Positions 1 through 9,175 of a DNA stretch of 64,000 nucleotides are shown one piece after another; position 1 is the stretch's first letter, and each line of letters opens with the position of its first letter. The DNA lies in the NCBI GenBank assembly GCA_050331735.1, contig JBHJGN010000029.1, positions 160,001 through 224,000 of the forward strand. Direction: 5' to 3'. The stretch is from Cyanophyceae cyanobacterium (GTDB lineage Bacteria; Cyanobacteriota; Cyanobacteriia; Cyanobacteriales; JBHJGN01). The notes under the pieces are model-generated. The model saw only the letters and a program-made list of their open reading frames with translations, did no database searches and was not told the DNA's origin. A program made the translations under genes and the position numbers.

Positions 1-2
1 AA

Positions 3-257
3 CGACAGGCGGTGAGACCAATTGAGGTAACGCTCTCTCTCCCAGAAGAGGCAACCTTAGTGAGCGGTAAACCACTACAGGAAATTGGTCACCTGGAAGG
101 ACGCTCTAACAAAGCGCTGAGCAGTACCGCTAATGGAAATGATTATCGTTGCCATATAGAGTGGGTTGTTAAAGCGGCATCCGGCAGCCAAGTTCAAATA
201 ACGGCCAAAGCAGAACGGGCTGGCACGGTGCGGCAAAACTTGACGCTAGCATTTTAG
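3..257 (+). CDS. 3' end of a gene that starts before the window; probably the C-terminal domain of an M14-family zinc carboxypeptidase
   Basis: The frame is open from the window edge (RQAVRPIEVTL...). LVSGK..EIGHLEGR and EWVVKA..AERAGTVR resemble C-termini of bacterial M14 peptidases as I recall them; the catalytic part is outside the window. Confidence 0.45.
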   Translation, partial: RQAVRPIEVTLSLPEEATLVSGKPLQEIGHLEGRSNKALSSTANGNDYRCHIEWVVKAASGSQVQITAKAERAGTVRQNLTLAF

Positions 258-622
258 ATTAAAGTGAAGAGCTGTTGGCCACTAAGTCAAGAAATTTCTC
301 TAGTGTATCTACTGAAAGCTATAGTTCGCACTTCATCCTATCTGCTGAAAGAACGGATCTGTATTGTAAACAGCAACATAAACAGATACATAACTCGCTA
401 AGACTAACCACAATAGACGAAAGAGTATAAGCAGTGAAGCTTTTCGACTTACACAAAAATAATAGCTGCATACCACCAGCGAAACGAGCTACGAATCTCC
501 AATTGTTCTCTCATTTTAATGATATTTACCTCACATAAAAATTTGCTGCCTTGTTCATCAGCTTTGCCCTGAAGATGCCGATCAACTCCATGAGTTTTTT
601 TATTTCTTCTACGCTTGTAGAA

Positions 623-1096
623 TCACTGTTGAATTAAGTTAAAGAAAAAATCGTCAAGATCGTATCCGAGGGTTTGGGTCATCGATTTGAGGCGAGATTG
701 ACTGGGGATCGACTGCTGCTGTAGCCACTGAGATAGAATAAAAACTTTCTGCATCACAAAAATTTCTAGCGCCTCTGGGTTGTACTGAATCCCTTCAGTG
801 CGGTTAAATTGGTGGGGAACGAGCATCGCCGTGTAGCGAGCTAACTCTCCGGCTTTCCAGTCGAGCAGGAAAGGGAGCCAAGGATAGTGGGCATCAAGGC
901 GAACAAACCACAGTCGCACTTCGGGAATTTCGGAAAGTTCTCTAGGATCGCTCTCACTGCGAGGCCAATCAATGTTCAAACGAAGCTGCTGTTCGTAGTC
1001 AGCAATGTGGGGCAGCACTGGCTCGATGGCTTGCTGAACTGGAGAAAGATCTAAATGTTGCAGGTGATCGGAGTTAACGGTGACTACAAGTGACAC
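623..1096 (-). CDS. crr6: CRR6-family NDH-1 (NdhI) maturation factor (DUF1817)
   Basis: DPRELSEIPEVRLWFVRLDAHYPWLPFLLDWKAGELARYTAMLVPHQF signature. Confidence 0.85.
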   Translation of the reverse strand: MSLVVTVNSDHLQHLDLSPVQQAIEPVLPHIADYEQQLRLNIDWPRSESDPRELSEIPEVRLWFVRLDAHYPWLPFLLDWKAGELARYTAMLVPHQFNRTEGIQYNPEALEIFVMQKVFILSQWLQQQSIPSQSRLKSMTQTLGYDLDDFFFNLIQQ

Positions 1097-1205
1097 GGAG
1101 ATTCAATGGTTTTTGTTGATGGTTGATTGCTACTCTGCTTCAGAGTTTACTGTATCTGACTGTTCCCAGAAGCGCTATAGCATTGTGGAGGGGGTGGAGG
1201 TGAAA

Positions 1206-2006
1206 ATGAATCAAAAACATGCCATCATTACGGGGGGCTCTAGCGGCATTGGCAAGGAAACGGCCAAGCTACTCGCCCAAGCAGGATACAGTATTTCTAT
1301 TATTGCCCGTAATCTGGACAAACTCGAAGCGGCAAAGACAGAAATTCAGCGAGCAACAAGCCAAGAGCAACAGGTTATTACTATCGCTGCTGATGTATCT
1401 CAGCAGCCCCAGGCAGCACAGGCGATTGAACAGGCGATCGCTCAACTCGGTTCCCCCACGCTTCTAATCACCTCCGCTGGCGTTGCTCATCCAGGTTATT
1501 TCCGGGAACTACCCCTAGAAATATTTGAACGCACAATGGCAGTCAATTACTTTGGCTCCCTGTACTGTATCAAAGCTGCGTTACCAGCCATGCAGCCAGA
1601 AAGTCAGATCGTGTTGATTTCCTCGGGGGCAGGCTTAATTGGTCTTTACGGCTATACTCCCTACAGTCCGACTAAATTTGCTCTTAGAGGGTTAGCGGAG
1701 TCGTTGCGCGGCGAACTGAAGCCATTGGGAATACAGGTGGCGATTGTTTATCCCCCTGATACCGATACTCCTCAGCTTGCCGCCGAGAATCGAACGAAAC
1801 CAGTGGAAACAAAAAAAATTACTGCAACCGCTGCAACCTGGAGTGCTGAAAACGTTGCCCAGGAAATTCTCAAAGGAGTCTACAAGCGCTCATTTATGAT
1901 TACTCCCGGACTTGAAATGACAGCACTGGGACGACTACATAGTTTGTTAGCCCCAGGATTAAATTGGTACTTTGATCGTCTGGTCACGAAGGTGCGACGT
2001 TCGTAA
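1206..2006 (+). CDS. Short-chain dehydrogenase/reductase, 3-ketodihydrosphingosine reductase (KDSR)-like
   Basis: TGGSSGIG Rossmann motif, YSPTK catalytic YxxxK, YPPDTDTP..ENRTKP motif; start moved to ATG 1206 after GGAGG. Confidence 0.8.
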   Translation: MNQKHAIITGGSSGIGKETAKLLAQAGYSISIIARNLDKLEAAKTEIQRATSQEQQVITIAADVSQQPQAAQAIEQAIAQLGSPTLLITSAGVAHPGYFRELPLEIFERTMAVNYFGSLYCIKAALPAMQPESQIVLISSGAGLIGLYGYTPYSPTKFALRGLAESLRGELKPLGIQVAIVYPPDTDTPQLAAENRTKPVETKKITATAATWSAENVAQEILKGVYKRSFMITPGLEMTALGRLHSLLAPGLNWYFDRLVTKVRRS

Positions 2007-2379
2007 GCTCTCTCAACCGTCCGCTCCAACGTGTTGTTAGACTTCGCTTTCGCGATCAGTCCACAACTTCTCTTCCGCTCTCCGCTTGCTGCTTTTGCGT
2101 GCTACAGCAATTTGTGGGGAGTGATTGTTCGCTTACTGAACGCAGCCCCCAGTTAGCAGAGTTCCTCTATTTTTCAGAGTGAGGATTATTAAGTACAAAG
2201 GGAAGCAACCAAAATCCTCATGAGTTCTTCTAAATCAGCCGGAACGCGGTAGAGATTAAGACCTTGGCTAATTTGTCGCTCCTCACGCTGGAGTAAGCCA
2301 AACTGCCAAATATCTCCCGTCGATACAGCTCCCAACAGTACCGATTGGTCAGAATCTGTCCACGCGTCTAGAGCAATGA

Positions 2380-2528
2380 TACCAATTAGAAAAAGTCATG
2401 AGAGACTTGAGCCGTTGGGGAAAAGGGGAAAGGGTCAGGGGGAAAGGTAAACACAGCCAGCCTTTCCCTTTTAAGAGCCAACTCTTTGTTAGTGAGGAGA
2501 ACTATCTCACTCCTTTCGGTCAATGGTA
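2380..2528. mobile_element. MITE copy 1 (149 bp), TSD TGA
   Basis: Ends TACCAATT...CAATGGTA, flanked by TGA (2377-2379 and 2529-2531). Removing the element and one TGA restores the in-frame GAA CTC ATT GCT CTA. Confidence 0.9.
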
Positions 2529-2672
2529 TGAGTTCTACAGCTAATTGGGTGAAACCTTTTGCTAAATCTGCGTTCTTGGCTTCGACAACTAAGAGTTTTC
2601 GGTCTGTATAAAGGTAATAGTCGAGTGTTCCTTTAAGACGCTCGGTTACCGCTAGCGGGTATTCAATTCTAA

Positions 2673-2821
2673 TACCAATTAGAAAAAGTCATAGGAGACT
2701 TGATGAGTTGGGGGAAAGGGGAAGGGGTCAAGGGGAAAGGGAAGCACAGCAGCTCTTTGCCCTTGAACCTCCAATGCTTAGTTAGTTTAAGGAACTATCT
2801 GACTACTTTCGGTTAATGGTA
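2673..2821. mobile_element. MITE copy 2 (149 bp), TSD TAA
   Basis: Ends TACCAATT...TAATGGTA, flanked by TAA (2670-2672 and 2822-2824); homologous to copies 1 and 3. Confidence 0.9.
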
Positions 2822-3125
2822 TAATATATATAAGGCGGGCTTTCTTCTAACCTGGCCTTGAGGTCGGCAAGACGATTAAGTTCTGTGTTAGCTAGGGGGA
2901 AGTTGAGGTGCGATCGCCTCAAGGTGTAGCCAAGCTCAGCTAGGGTATCTTCAGGCTCATAGGGTAACTCATAATAGCTTCTAAAGGTGTAGGACTGACC
3001 GGGCTGAAGAATGGGAGCGCGACTCATAGCCTGAGAAGTGAATAGCACTAACTAATTTTATGCTCGCTCCAAAGCTTCTTTAATAGCACGACTGTTGCTA
3101 GCAGTGCCGATTGTCTCGTCACCCC

Positions 3126-3154
3126 AAAAAACCCCTCAAAATACCGAGGGGTTT
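3126..3154 (-). terminator. Rho-independent terminator of the beta-helix gene
   Basis: Minus strand reads AAACCCCTC-GGTATTTT-GAGGGGTTT running into a T tract, about 75 nt after the stop. Confidence 0.7.
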
Positions 3155-3228
3155 CAGGCATTGCAGGTTTGGAGAGCACAACCCTGAATTTTTATATAAA
3201 AAACAATGAACAATCAACAATTGTTCAA

Positions 3229-4632
3229 TTAAGCAAATTCGATGGTGGTGTTGCTGCCATCATCGATGATGTCGTCCATGCTAAGGTTAGTACCAGCGAG
3301 GACTTCAATGGTGTTGTTTTCACCAGTAACAACGACCGCTCCGTTGCCGTTGCCCAGGAAGGTGACATCTTCGCCAAGAGTAACGAAGTTATTATCTCCG
3401 GCGACTTCTAGTCCCCATTCGCCGTTACCGATGATGTCGGTCTCGACGAGTTCAAGAGTATTGTCATCGCCAAGAATGTCGATACCGTCTCCGTCATTCG
3501 TAAAGATGGCCGTGTCATTGACTACGAGATTGTTATCGGCTCCCGTTATATCAATGGTTAAGCCACTCACACCATTCGAGAAGATGAAGCTGTCGTTGAT
3601 GGTAGCTTCGTTATTATCGCCATCAATTTCAAAGCCTTGATCTTCGTTTAATTCAATTTCTACGTTATCCAAAGTGATGGTGTTCTGACCGCCCAAGATA
3701 TCGACGCCGTCGTCACTGTTTCCTCGGAATCCGCTGTCAGAAATATTAACGGTATTGTTGATGCCTTGGAAATCGATCAAGAAACCATCTAAGTTGCCAT
3801 CGAAAGCGCTTCGGTTTTCAATGGTCACTTGGTTATCGCGACCGTCAATCTCGAAGCCTGCTTCAGCATTATCTTCAAAAACACTGTTGTTTAAGGTAAT
3901 TGCCTGATCAGCGCCTTCGATGTCAAACCCGTCATCACCATTTTGGCGGAATTGGCTAGTAGAAAAGGTAAACGTATTACCCGTAGAAGTCGCATCGTCG
4001 CCGAAGCCGTCTGCACCATTGCCGCCAAAAAGGCTGGTTGTACCGGTAACTGTGTTGTCACTACCATCAATTTCAAAGCCATCTTCAGCGTTGCCAGTGG
4101 AAGAAGCGCTGTCTAGGTTGAAGGTATTTTCGATGCCGAAGAGGTCGAGTCCGTCATCTGTGTTGTCAAAAAAGGCCGAGCGAGTGATGTTGAACGTGTT
4201 GCCTACACCATTACGAGCAACTTCGAGTCCGTCGAGGTTGGCTTCAAATTCGCTGAGTTCGATATTGATTTCGTTGTTGGTTCCATCAACTTCGAGTCCT
4301 GCCGCCTCATTAAAAGCTGATTCCACGCGAGATAGGTTTAGGGTATTGCTGTCACCAAAGTTGTCAATACCGTCGTCGCCATTCTCGTTGAAAGTTGATT
4401 CATTAATATTGGCCGTGACGTTCTCGGTAGAACCGCGAAAGTCGATACCGTCATCTCCGTTGCTCAGGGATTCAACTCGGGTAAGCTCGACTTCGGCATC
4501 TTCCGCATCGATAACGGCAATCCCATCTGCTTCAAAGTCCTGGAAAATCTCGCTTTCTACGTCGATAGAACCGACGACCGTTAGCCCGTTTCCTTCGATG
4601 TCGATTACATTTTGGTTCATATCTTCGTCCAT
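3229..4632 (-). CDS. Highly acidic right-handed parallel beta-helix repeat protein
   Basis: ~24-aa repeats of the form N-x-x-DG-hydrophobic-D/E-I-x-G-x-x-N; AAGGAG SD upstream; own terminator. Confidence 0.85.
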   Translation of the reverse strand: MDEDMNQNVIDIEGNGLTVVGSIDVESEIFQDFEADGIAVIDAEDAEVELTRVESLSNGDDGIDFRGSTENVTANINESTFNENGDDGIDNFGDSNTLNLSRVESAFNEAAGLEVDGTNNEINIELSEFEANLDGLEVARNGVGNTFNITRSAFFDNTDDGLDLFGIENTFNLDSASSTGNAEDGFEIDGSDNTVTGTTSLFGGNGADGFGDDATSTGNTFTFSTSQFRQNGDDGFDIEGADQAITLNNSVFEDNAEAGFEIDGRDNQVTIENRSAFDGNLDGFLIDFQGINNTVNISDSGFRGNSDDGVDILGGQNTITLDNVEIELNEDQGFEIDGDNNEATINDSFIFSNGVSGLTIDITGADNNLVVNDTAIFTNDGDGIDILGDDNTLELVETDIIGNGEWGLEVAGDNNFVTLGEDVTFLGNGNGAVVVTGENNTIEVLAGTNLSMDDIIDDGSNTTIEFA

Positions 4633-5306
4633 GATGTTGCTCCTTTATGATTTACGCTTGTTAGCTAATTTTATGTGGCCATTACATGAGCTAACACTCA
4701 ACAGACTCCCACCTGAAGGTTAAACAAAAATATGTTTCTGTTAAATTCCTGGTCAAGAAACGATTATTAAAGATTAAATACTAAAGCAAAAATATACATC
4801 GAAAGGAAGAGACGCAAAAAAGACAATTTTTTTGATGAATAGCTTGAGCAAAATACAGGCGAATAGTTAACCCCTATTTGTAATAATGCCTGTAGTTGCA
4901 AGTAACAAAAATATATATCGACTTGCCAGCTTTCTTTGATATTAAAGCCCCAAAAAAGCGCTTTCTAGTTTATTTTGGCTTTTAATTGGCAGATAATTTT
5001 ACTGTCCTAATTCAGCACCACTACACAGAGAGAGGTGTTAACAAAAACGTTAATTAAATTTAGTTTTTTCTTAACATAGTCTGACTGTACTAGTTTCCAA
5101 AAATGGAAAAATTATTTAACTAAAGCCAACTGTTTCATGCAGCGGACTTAACTTTAATTAAGCAAGCAAATTTACTCTAAAGCCCGCCTGTTTAGAAAAA
5201 AACATTTATAAGCAAGAAAAAACATCATCTATCTTTAGAATGAATTATCTTGGTTGTTTACTAAAGTGATGAAAATAACTGGAGGATGTCAATGAAAGAA
5301 TTGTTA

Positions 5307-5454
5307 TACCAATTAGAAAAAGTAATAGGAGACTTGATGAATTGGGGGAAAGGGGAAGGGGTCAAGGGGAAAGGGAAGCACAGCAGCTCTTTGCCCTTGA
5401 ACCTCCAATTGTTGGTTGGTTTGGGCACTATCTGACTACTTTCGGTAAATGGTG
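5307..5454. mobile_element. MITE copy 3 (148 bp), TSD TTA
   Basis: TACCAATT...AAATGGTG, flanked by TTA (5304-5306 and 5455-5457); near-identical to copy 2 over the first ~100 bp. Confidence 0.88.
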
Positions 5455-5620
5455 TTAGCCTCAATGTGGAGGCACTGATTCGCGATCGCCTCTTCTCTGA
5501 GCAGCGACAAAACGATACATGCAGGCGATCGCTCACCACAGCTCTAGCAGATGATAGACGCAGAGGGACTAGAGAAGCGCTACATTAGCTATGACAAGCG
5601 CGATTAAACAAGGAGACCTA

Positions 5621-6424
5621 ATGCTAGAGCTATATCAGTTTGAGCTATCGCAGTATTCAGAGAAAGTCCGCCTGATCCTCGATTACAAGCAGCTACCCTA
5701 TCGTAAAGTGGAGGTTACTCCTGGCGTTGGCCAAGTTGAATTGTTTCAGAAGTGCGGTCAACGGCAGGTTCCCGTCTTAAAAGACGGCAATACCTTTATT
5801 GCCGATTCAACAGAGATTGCCCTCTATCTAGAGAGAAAATACCCCGAAAGACCGATTATCCCCACCGACCCCAAAGAACGGGGCTACTGTCTGCTCATTG
5901 AGGAATGGGCGGATGAATCGATTGGCAGCAAAGGACGCACAGCTTTTATCGGTGCCGCCAATCAAAATCCTAGCTTTCGGACGGCGGTTTTCTCCTCGCT
6001 CATTCCGCAAAACGTCCCGGACGTTCTCAAGACTGTTGTCGGGTCTGTGCCTTCAGAGTTGCTTAACGTTTTAGGAACAGGCGTTGGTTACGGAAAGGAA
6101 TCGGTGAAAAAAGCCAATACCAGCCTCAAGCAGGATTTAGAAGCGCTCAGCCTCATTTTGCAGGACCGCACTTATTTAGTCAGCGACTATCCTACGCTGG
6201 CCGATTTTGCCGTCGCCGGACTGAGTATGATTATTAAGTTCCCGGAAGGGCCCTACCTCCACTTACCCGAACAGCTTAAAGGCAAAGGAATTCCCGGACT
6301 GGCCGACAACAGCTTCTATGCCAACTTTTTTAACTGGCGCGATCGCCTCTACGGGGAATTTCGCAAACCCTTAGATAGTATGACTCCTGTCGGTTCAACG
6401 CCCACGGCTATCGAAATTGAATAA
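5621..6424 (+). CDS. Glutathione S-transferase family protein
   Basis: LYQFELSQYSEKVRLILDYK, QRQVPVL, IADSTEIALYL, PTLADFAVAG; AGGAG SD before ATG 5621. Confidence 0.85.
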   Translation: MLELYQFELSQYSEKVRLILDYKQLPYRKVEVTPGVGQVELFQKCGQRQVPVLKDGNTFIADSTEIALYLERKYPERPIIPTDPKERGYCLLIEEWADESIGSKGRTAFIGAANQNPSFRTAVFSSLIPQNVPDVLKTVVGSVPSELLNVLGTGVGYGKESVKKANTSLKQDLEALSLILQDRTYLVSDYPTLADFAVAGLSMIIKFPEGPYLHLPEQLKGKGIPGLADNSFYANFFNWRDRLYGEFRKPLDSMTPVGSTPTAIEIE

Positions 6425-6496
6425 TGGAGATTAGGGATGAGTTGGCAAGAGCTCAGCATCAGGTTTGGCTTCTGAGCTGTTTCTGCCTGCAATTCC

Positions 6497-6874
6497 CTAG
6501 TTCCTCCCCGCTTGAATCTCGTCAATTTTTTGTTTGAGAGCTTGCCAGGTGGAAGCTGTATGGCAGCAGTTTGTCAAGGGATCGTAGCCTTGCCATGCCT
6601 GGGTTTTGCAAATAAACCAGTCGCAGTAAAAACCGTTATCATCAAAATCTCCCTCTAGCATCATCCATTCGCCACCTAGCGGAAGGCCGTCGCGCGCAAA
6701 AGCTTCTAGTTGAGGTAGTAGCCACTCCCACAGCTCCTCAAACTGAGCAAAAATTCCGGGATGCCAGTAGAACTGGGTTCCTAGTCCGCTCATCTCAACT
6801 CGATAACCAGCGAGAACCTGGTAAATGCGGACTTCGATACTTTGATACTCAATTGCTTGGATCAGAACGCTCAT
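6497..6874 (-). CDS. Hypothetical protein
   Basis: 125-aa ATG ORF filling the gap, protein-like composition, no recognised motif. Confidence 0.55.
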   Translation of the reverse strand: MSVLIQAIEYQSIEVRIYQVLAGYRVEMSGLGTQFYWHPGIFAQFEELWEWLLPQLEAFARDGLPLGGEWMMLEGDFDDNGFYCDWFICKTQAWQGYDPLTNCCHTASTWQALKQKIDEIQAGRN

Positions 6875-7072
6875 TAATACAGTTCGTCGATTCTAGAGTG
6901 GGAATGGAAATATTGCTCCCCAAACCCTACACTCCGTTAACTGTAATGCGTACTGCTCTCTTCAAAATTCCTCAAGCTAGCCCTGACAATAATAGCGATA
7001 CACTAAGGCACTTTTATAGCGTGGGCTTTGGCGATCGCTCGTTATTCGCCTAGGATAAAAAGTAAAACGAAC

Positions 7073-8215
7073 ATGAGCGCAGCAGAATTTACCCTTGGCG
7101 TTGAAGAAGAATATCAGATTGTTGACCCGCAAACGCGAGAGCTAGCTGGACGAGCCGAACAGGTGATTGCCTCGGCTAAAGAAGAACTCGGCGATGCCGT
7201 TCAGCCAGAGATCCATCGCTCTCAAATTGAAACCGTCACCTCCGTCTGCTCTACTCTACAAGACGTGCGCGCTCAGGTCAGCGAATCCCGCCGCTCCGTG
7301 ATTGAAGCCGCCGCGAGAGAGCACAAGGCGATCGCTGCTGCTGGCACCCATCCGTTTTCTAGCTGGCAGCAGCAGTTAATTACCCCTAAAGAGCGCTACC
7401 AGGGGTTAGAACAGCACTATCAGCAGGTGATTCGCGAATTAGTCATCTTTGGCAGTCACGTTCATATTGGTGTGGCGGATCGCGAAATGGCCGTGGCCGT
7501 TGTCAATCGCGCTCGCATCTGGCTGGCGGTGCTGCTAGCGCTGACGGCTAATTCTCCTTTTTGGTTAGGTAACGACACCGGATATACCAGCTATCGCACC
7601 GAACTCTGGTATCGTATTCCCCTCGCCGGACCCCCACCCCTGCTGAAGGATTATGAGGACTATCGCCACTTAGTGAAGGCGCTTGTCTCTTCCGAGGTGA
7701 TTGAAGATGCCACTAAAATTTACTGGGATGCGCGTTTGTCTGAGAAATTTCCGACCGTTGAATTTCGCGTCGCGGATGTTTGCCTTACGGTAGATGAAGC
7801 CGTAATGTATGCCGGATTGGTACGGGGACTGGCGCGAACCTGCTATGAGGAAGCAACAAACGATGTCGTCTTTAAGCCCGTGTCTGCGCAGTTATTGCGA
7901 GCCGCTCATTGGCAGGCAGCAAGATATGGACTGCGAGGTAAACTCATCGACGTGGTGCAAGCGACACCGGTAGCAGCGCCGGAACTCGTCCAGACTTTTC
8001 TCACCTACATTCGCCCGGCCCTAGAAGAGTTTGGCGATTGGGAGGAAGTCTCGTTCCTCGTCGAAAAAACTCTCCATCACGGCAACGGCGGCGAAAGGCA
8101 GTATCACGTTTACCAACGTCGAGGCAGCTATGAAGAGGTGGTGGACTACCTTATCGAGCAAACCAAGCAAGGAACAGTGAGCAGTGAGCAGACAACGAGC
8201 AACAATCAACATTAA
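7073..8215 (+). CDS. YbdK-family carboxylate-amine ligase (glutamate--cysteine ligase GCS2)
   Basis: FTLGVEEEYQIVD, FGSHVHIG, LALTANSPFW, IYWDAR..FPTVEFRVAD. Confidence 0.9.
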   Translation: MSAAEFTLGVEEEYQIVDPQTRELAGRAEQVIASAKEELGDAVQPEIHRSQIETVTSVCSTLQDVRAQVSESRRSVIEAAAREHKAIAAAGTHPFSSWQQQLITPKERYQGLEQHYQQVIRELVIFGSHVHIGVADREMAVAVVNRARIWLAVLLALTANSPFWLGNDTGYTSYRTELWYRIPLAGPPPLLKDYEDYRHLVKALVSSEVIEDATKIYWDARLSEKFPTVEFRVADVCLTVDEAVMYAGLVRGLARTCYEEATNDVVFKPVSAQLLRAAHWQAARYGLRGKLIDVVQATPVAAPELVQTFLTYIRPALEEFGDWEEVSFLVEKTLHHGNGGERQYHVYQRRGSYEEVVDYLIEQTKQGTVSSEQTTSNNQH

Positions 8216-8218
8216 ATA

Positions 8219-9040
8219 ATGCCAGAAGGACCAGAAATTAAACGAGCTGCCGATGCGATCGCCTCTGCCCTCGTTGAACGACCGGTTGTGGAACTCTTTT
8301 TTGCCTTTGAGCGGCTGAAGCTTTATGAGCAGAAGCTTGCCGGAACAACGGTAACAACGGTACAGCCGCGAGGAAAAGCAATGCTGATTCGCTTTGACAA
8401 CGAACTGAGTATCTACAGCCACAATCAGCTTTACGGTCAGTGGATTGTTCGCAACGCTTATTCTTATCCGGAGACTAATCGCCAATTACGTCTGGCGATT
8501 CACAATTCCCAAAAATCAGCGCTCCTCTACAGTGCTTCGGATATTGAGGTGCTTAACGACGATGATATTGCCATGCACCCTTTCCTAAGCAAGCTTGGTC
8601 CCGATGTTCTCGCGCCATCAACAACAGTAGAACAGGTCGAGCAACGCCTGCAAGACCAGCGCTTTGCTCGCCGACAGTTCACTTCTTTGCTTTTAGATCA
8701 GCATTTCTTGAGCGGATTGGGAAACTACCTGCGCAGCGAAATCCTGTTTGTGGCAAGAATTCATCCCACTCAACGACCGATAGATTGTCTGCCTAAGCTC
8801 CCTCGCCTAGCGGCGGCAAGTCTTTCTGTTTCTCGGCAATCCTACGAGACAGGAGGGATTACCAACGATCTCGAACAAGCGCGTCGGCTCAAGGAGCAAG
8901 GAGTTAAACGGGCCGAGTATCGTCACTGGGTTTTCAACCGCGCAGAGCGTCCGTGCTTTGCTTGTGACACTAAAATAGTCAAGGCGGTGTCGGGAGGACG
9001 GCGCTATTACTACTGTCCCTACTGTCAGTCAAAGACTTAA
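8219..9040 (+). CDS. nei: Endonuclease VIII (Fpg/Nei DNA glycosylase)
   Basis: N-terminal MPEGPEI, RGKAML, YSHNQLYG, GLGNYLRSEILF H2TH motif, C-terminal CxxC..CxxC zinc finger. Confidence 0.9.
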   Translation: MPEGPEIKRAADAIASALVERPVVELFFAFERLKLYEQKLAGTTVTTVQPRGKAMLIRFDNELSIYSHNQLYGQWIVRNAYSYPETNRQLRLAIHNSQKSALLYSASDIEVLNDDDIAMHPFLSKLGPDVLAPSTTVEQVEQRLQDQRFARRQFTSLLLDQHFLSGLGNYLRSEILFVARIHPTQRPIDCLPKLPRLAAASLSVSRQSYETGGITNDLEQARRLKEQGVKRAEYRHWVFNRAERPCFACDTKIVKAVSGGRRYYYCPYCQSKT

Positions 9041-9175
9041 TTCCAATTCTGAGAAGTAAGATTATAGATGCGTATTAGGGGAAACGGGGAAAGGGTAAGG
9101 GGGAGAGGTCATTTTCTACCCGGAGCGCGTCTACCTTGAAAAACGATATAACCTGCACTCATAGCGATTGTACGG

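Larger units (their letters stand above)
2189..3027 (-). pseudogene. Disrupted cyanobacterial hypothetical gene (PD-(D/E)xK-like), broken by two MITEs and a frameshift
   Basis: Three collinear fragments: MSRAPILQPGQSYTFRSYY...EESPPYI (3027-2825), IRIEYPLAVTERLKGTLDYYLYTDRKLLVVEAKNADLAKGFTQLAVEL (~2672-2530) and IALDAWTDSDQSVLLGAVSTGDIWQFG...LVASLCT* (~2377-2189). Confidence 0.85.

Noticed and set aside
2377..2531. Reading the MITE as an IS630-type element with a TA duplication
   Set aside because: That boundary leaves 5 extra nt and a frameshift at the empty site, whereas a 3-bp TGA duplication restores the frame exactly
3169..4723. Long plus-strand ORFs (3169-3411, 3242-3640, 3920-4723)
   Set aside because: Antisense shadows of the repetitive beta-helix gene; Ser/Pro-rich translations with no motifs
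5261..5539. 92-aa minus-strand ORF
   Set aside because: It runs through MITE copy 3; the FPFPLTPSPFP stretch is just the translated heptamer repeat
8176..8211. C-terminal tail of the YbdK-like protein as a functional motif
   Set aside because: It is encoded by CAGTGAG/CAACAAT-type heptamer repeats also seen in intergenic DNA; probably incidental read-through
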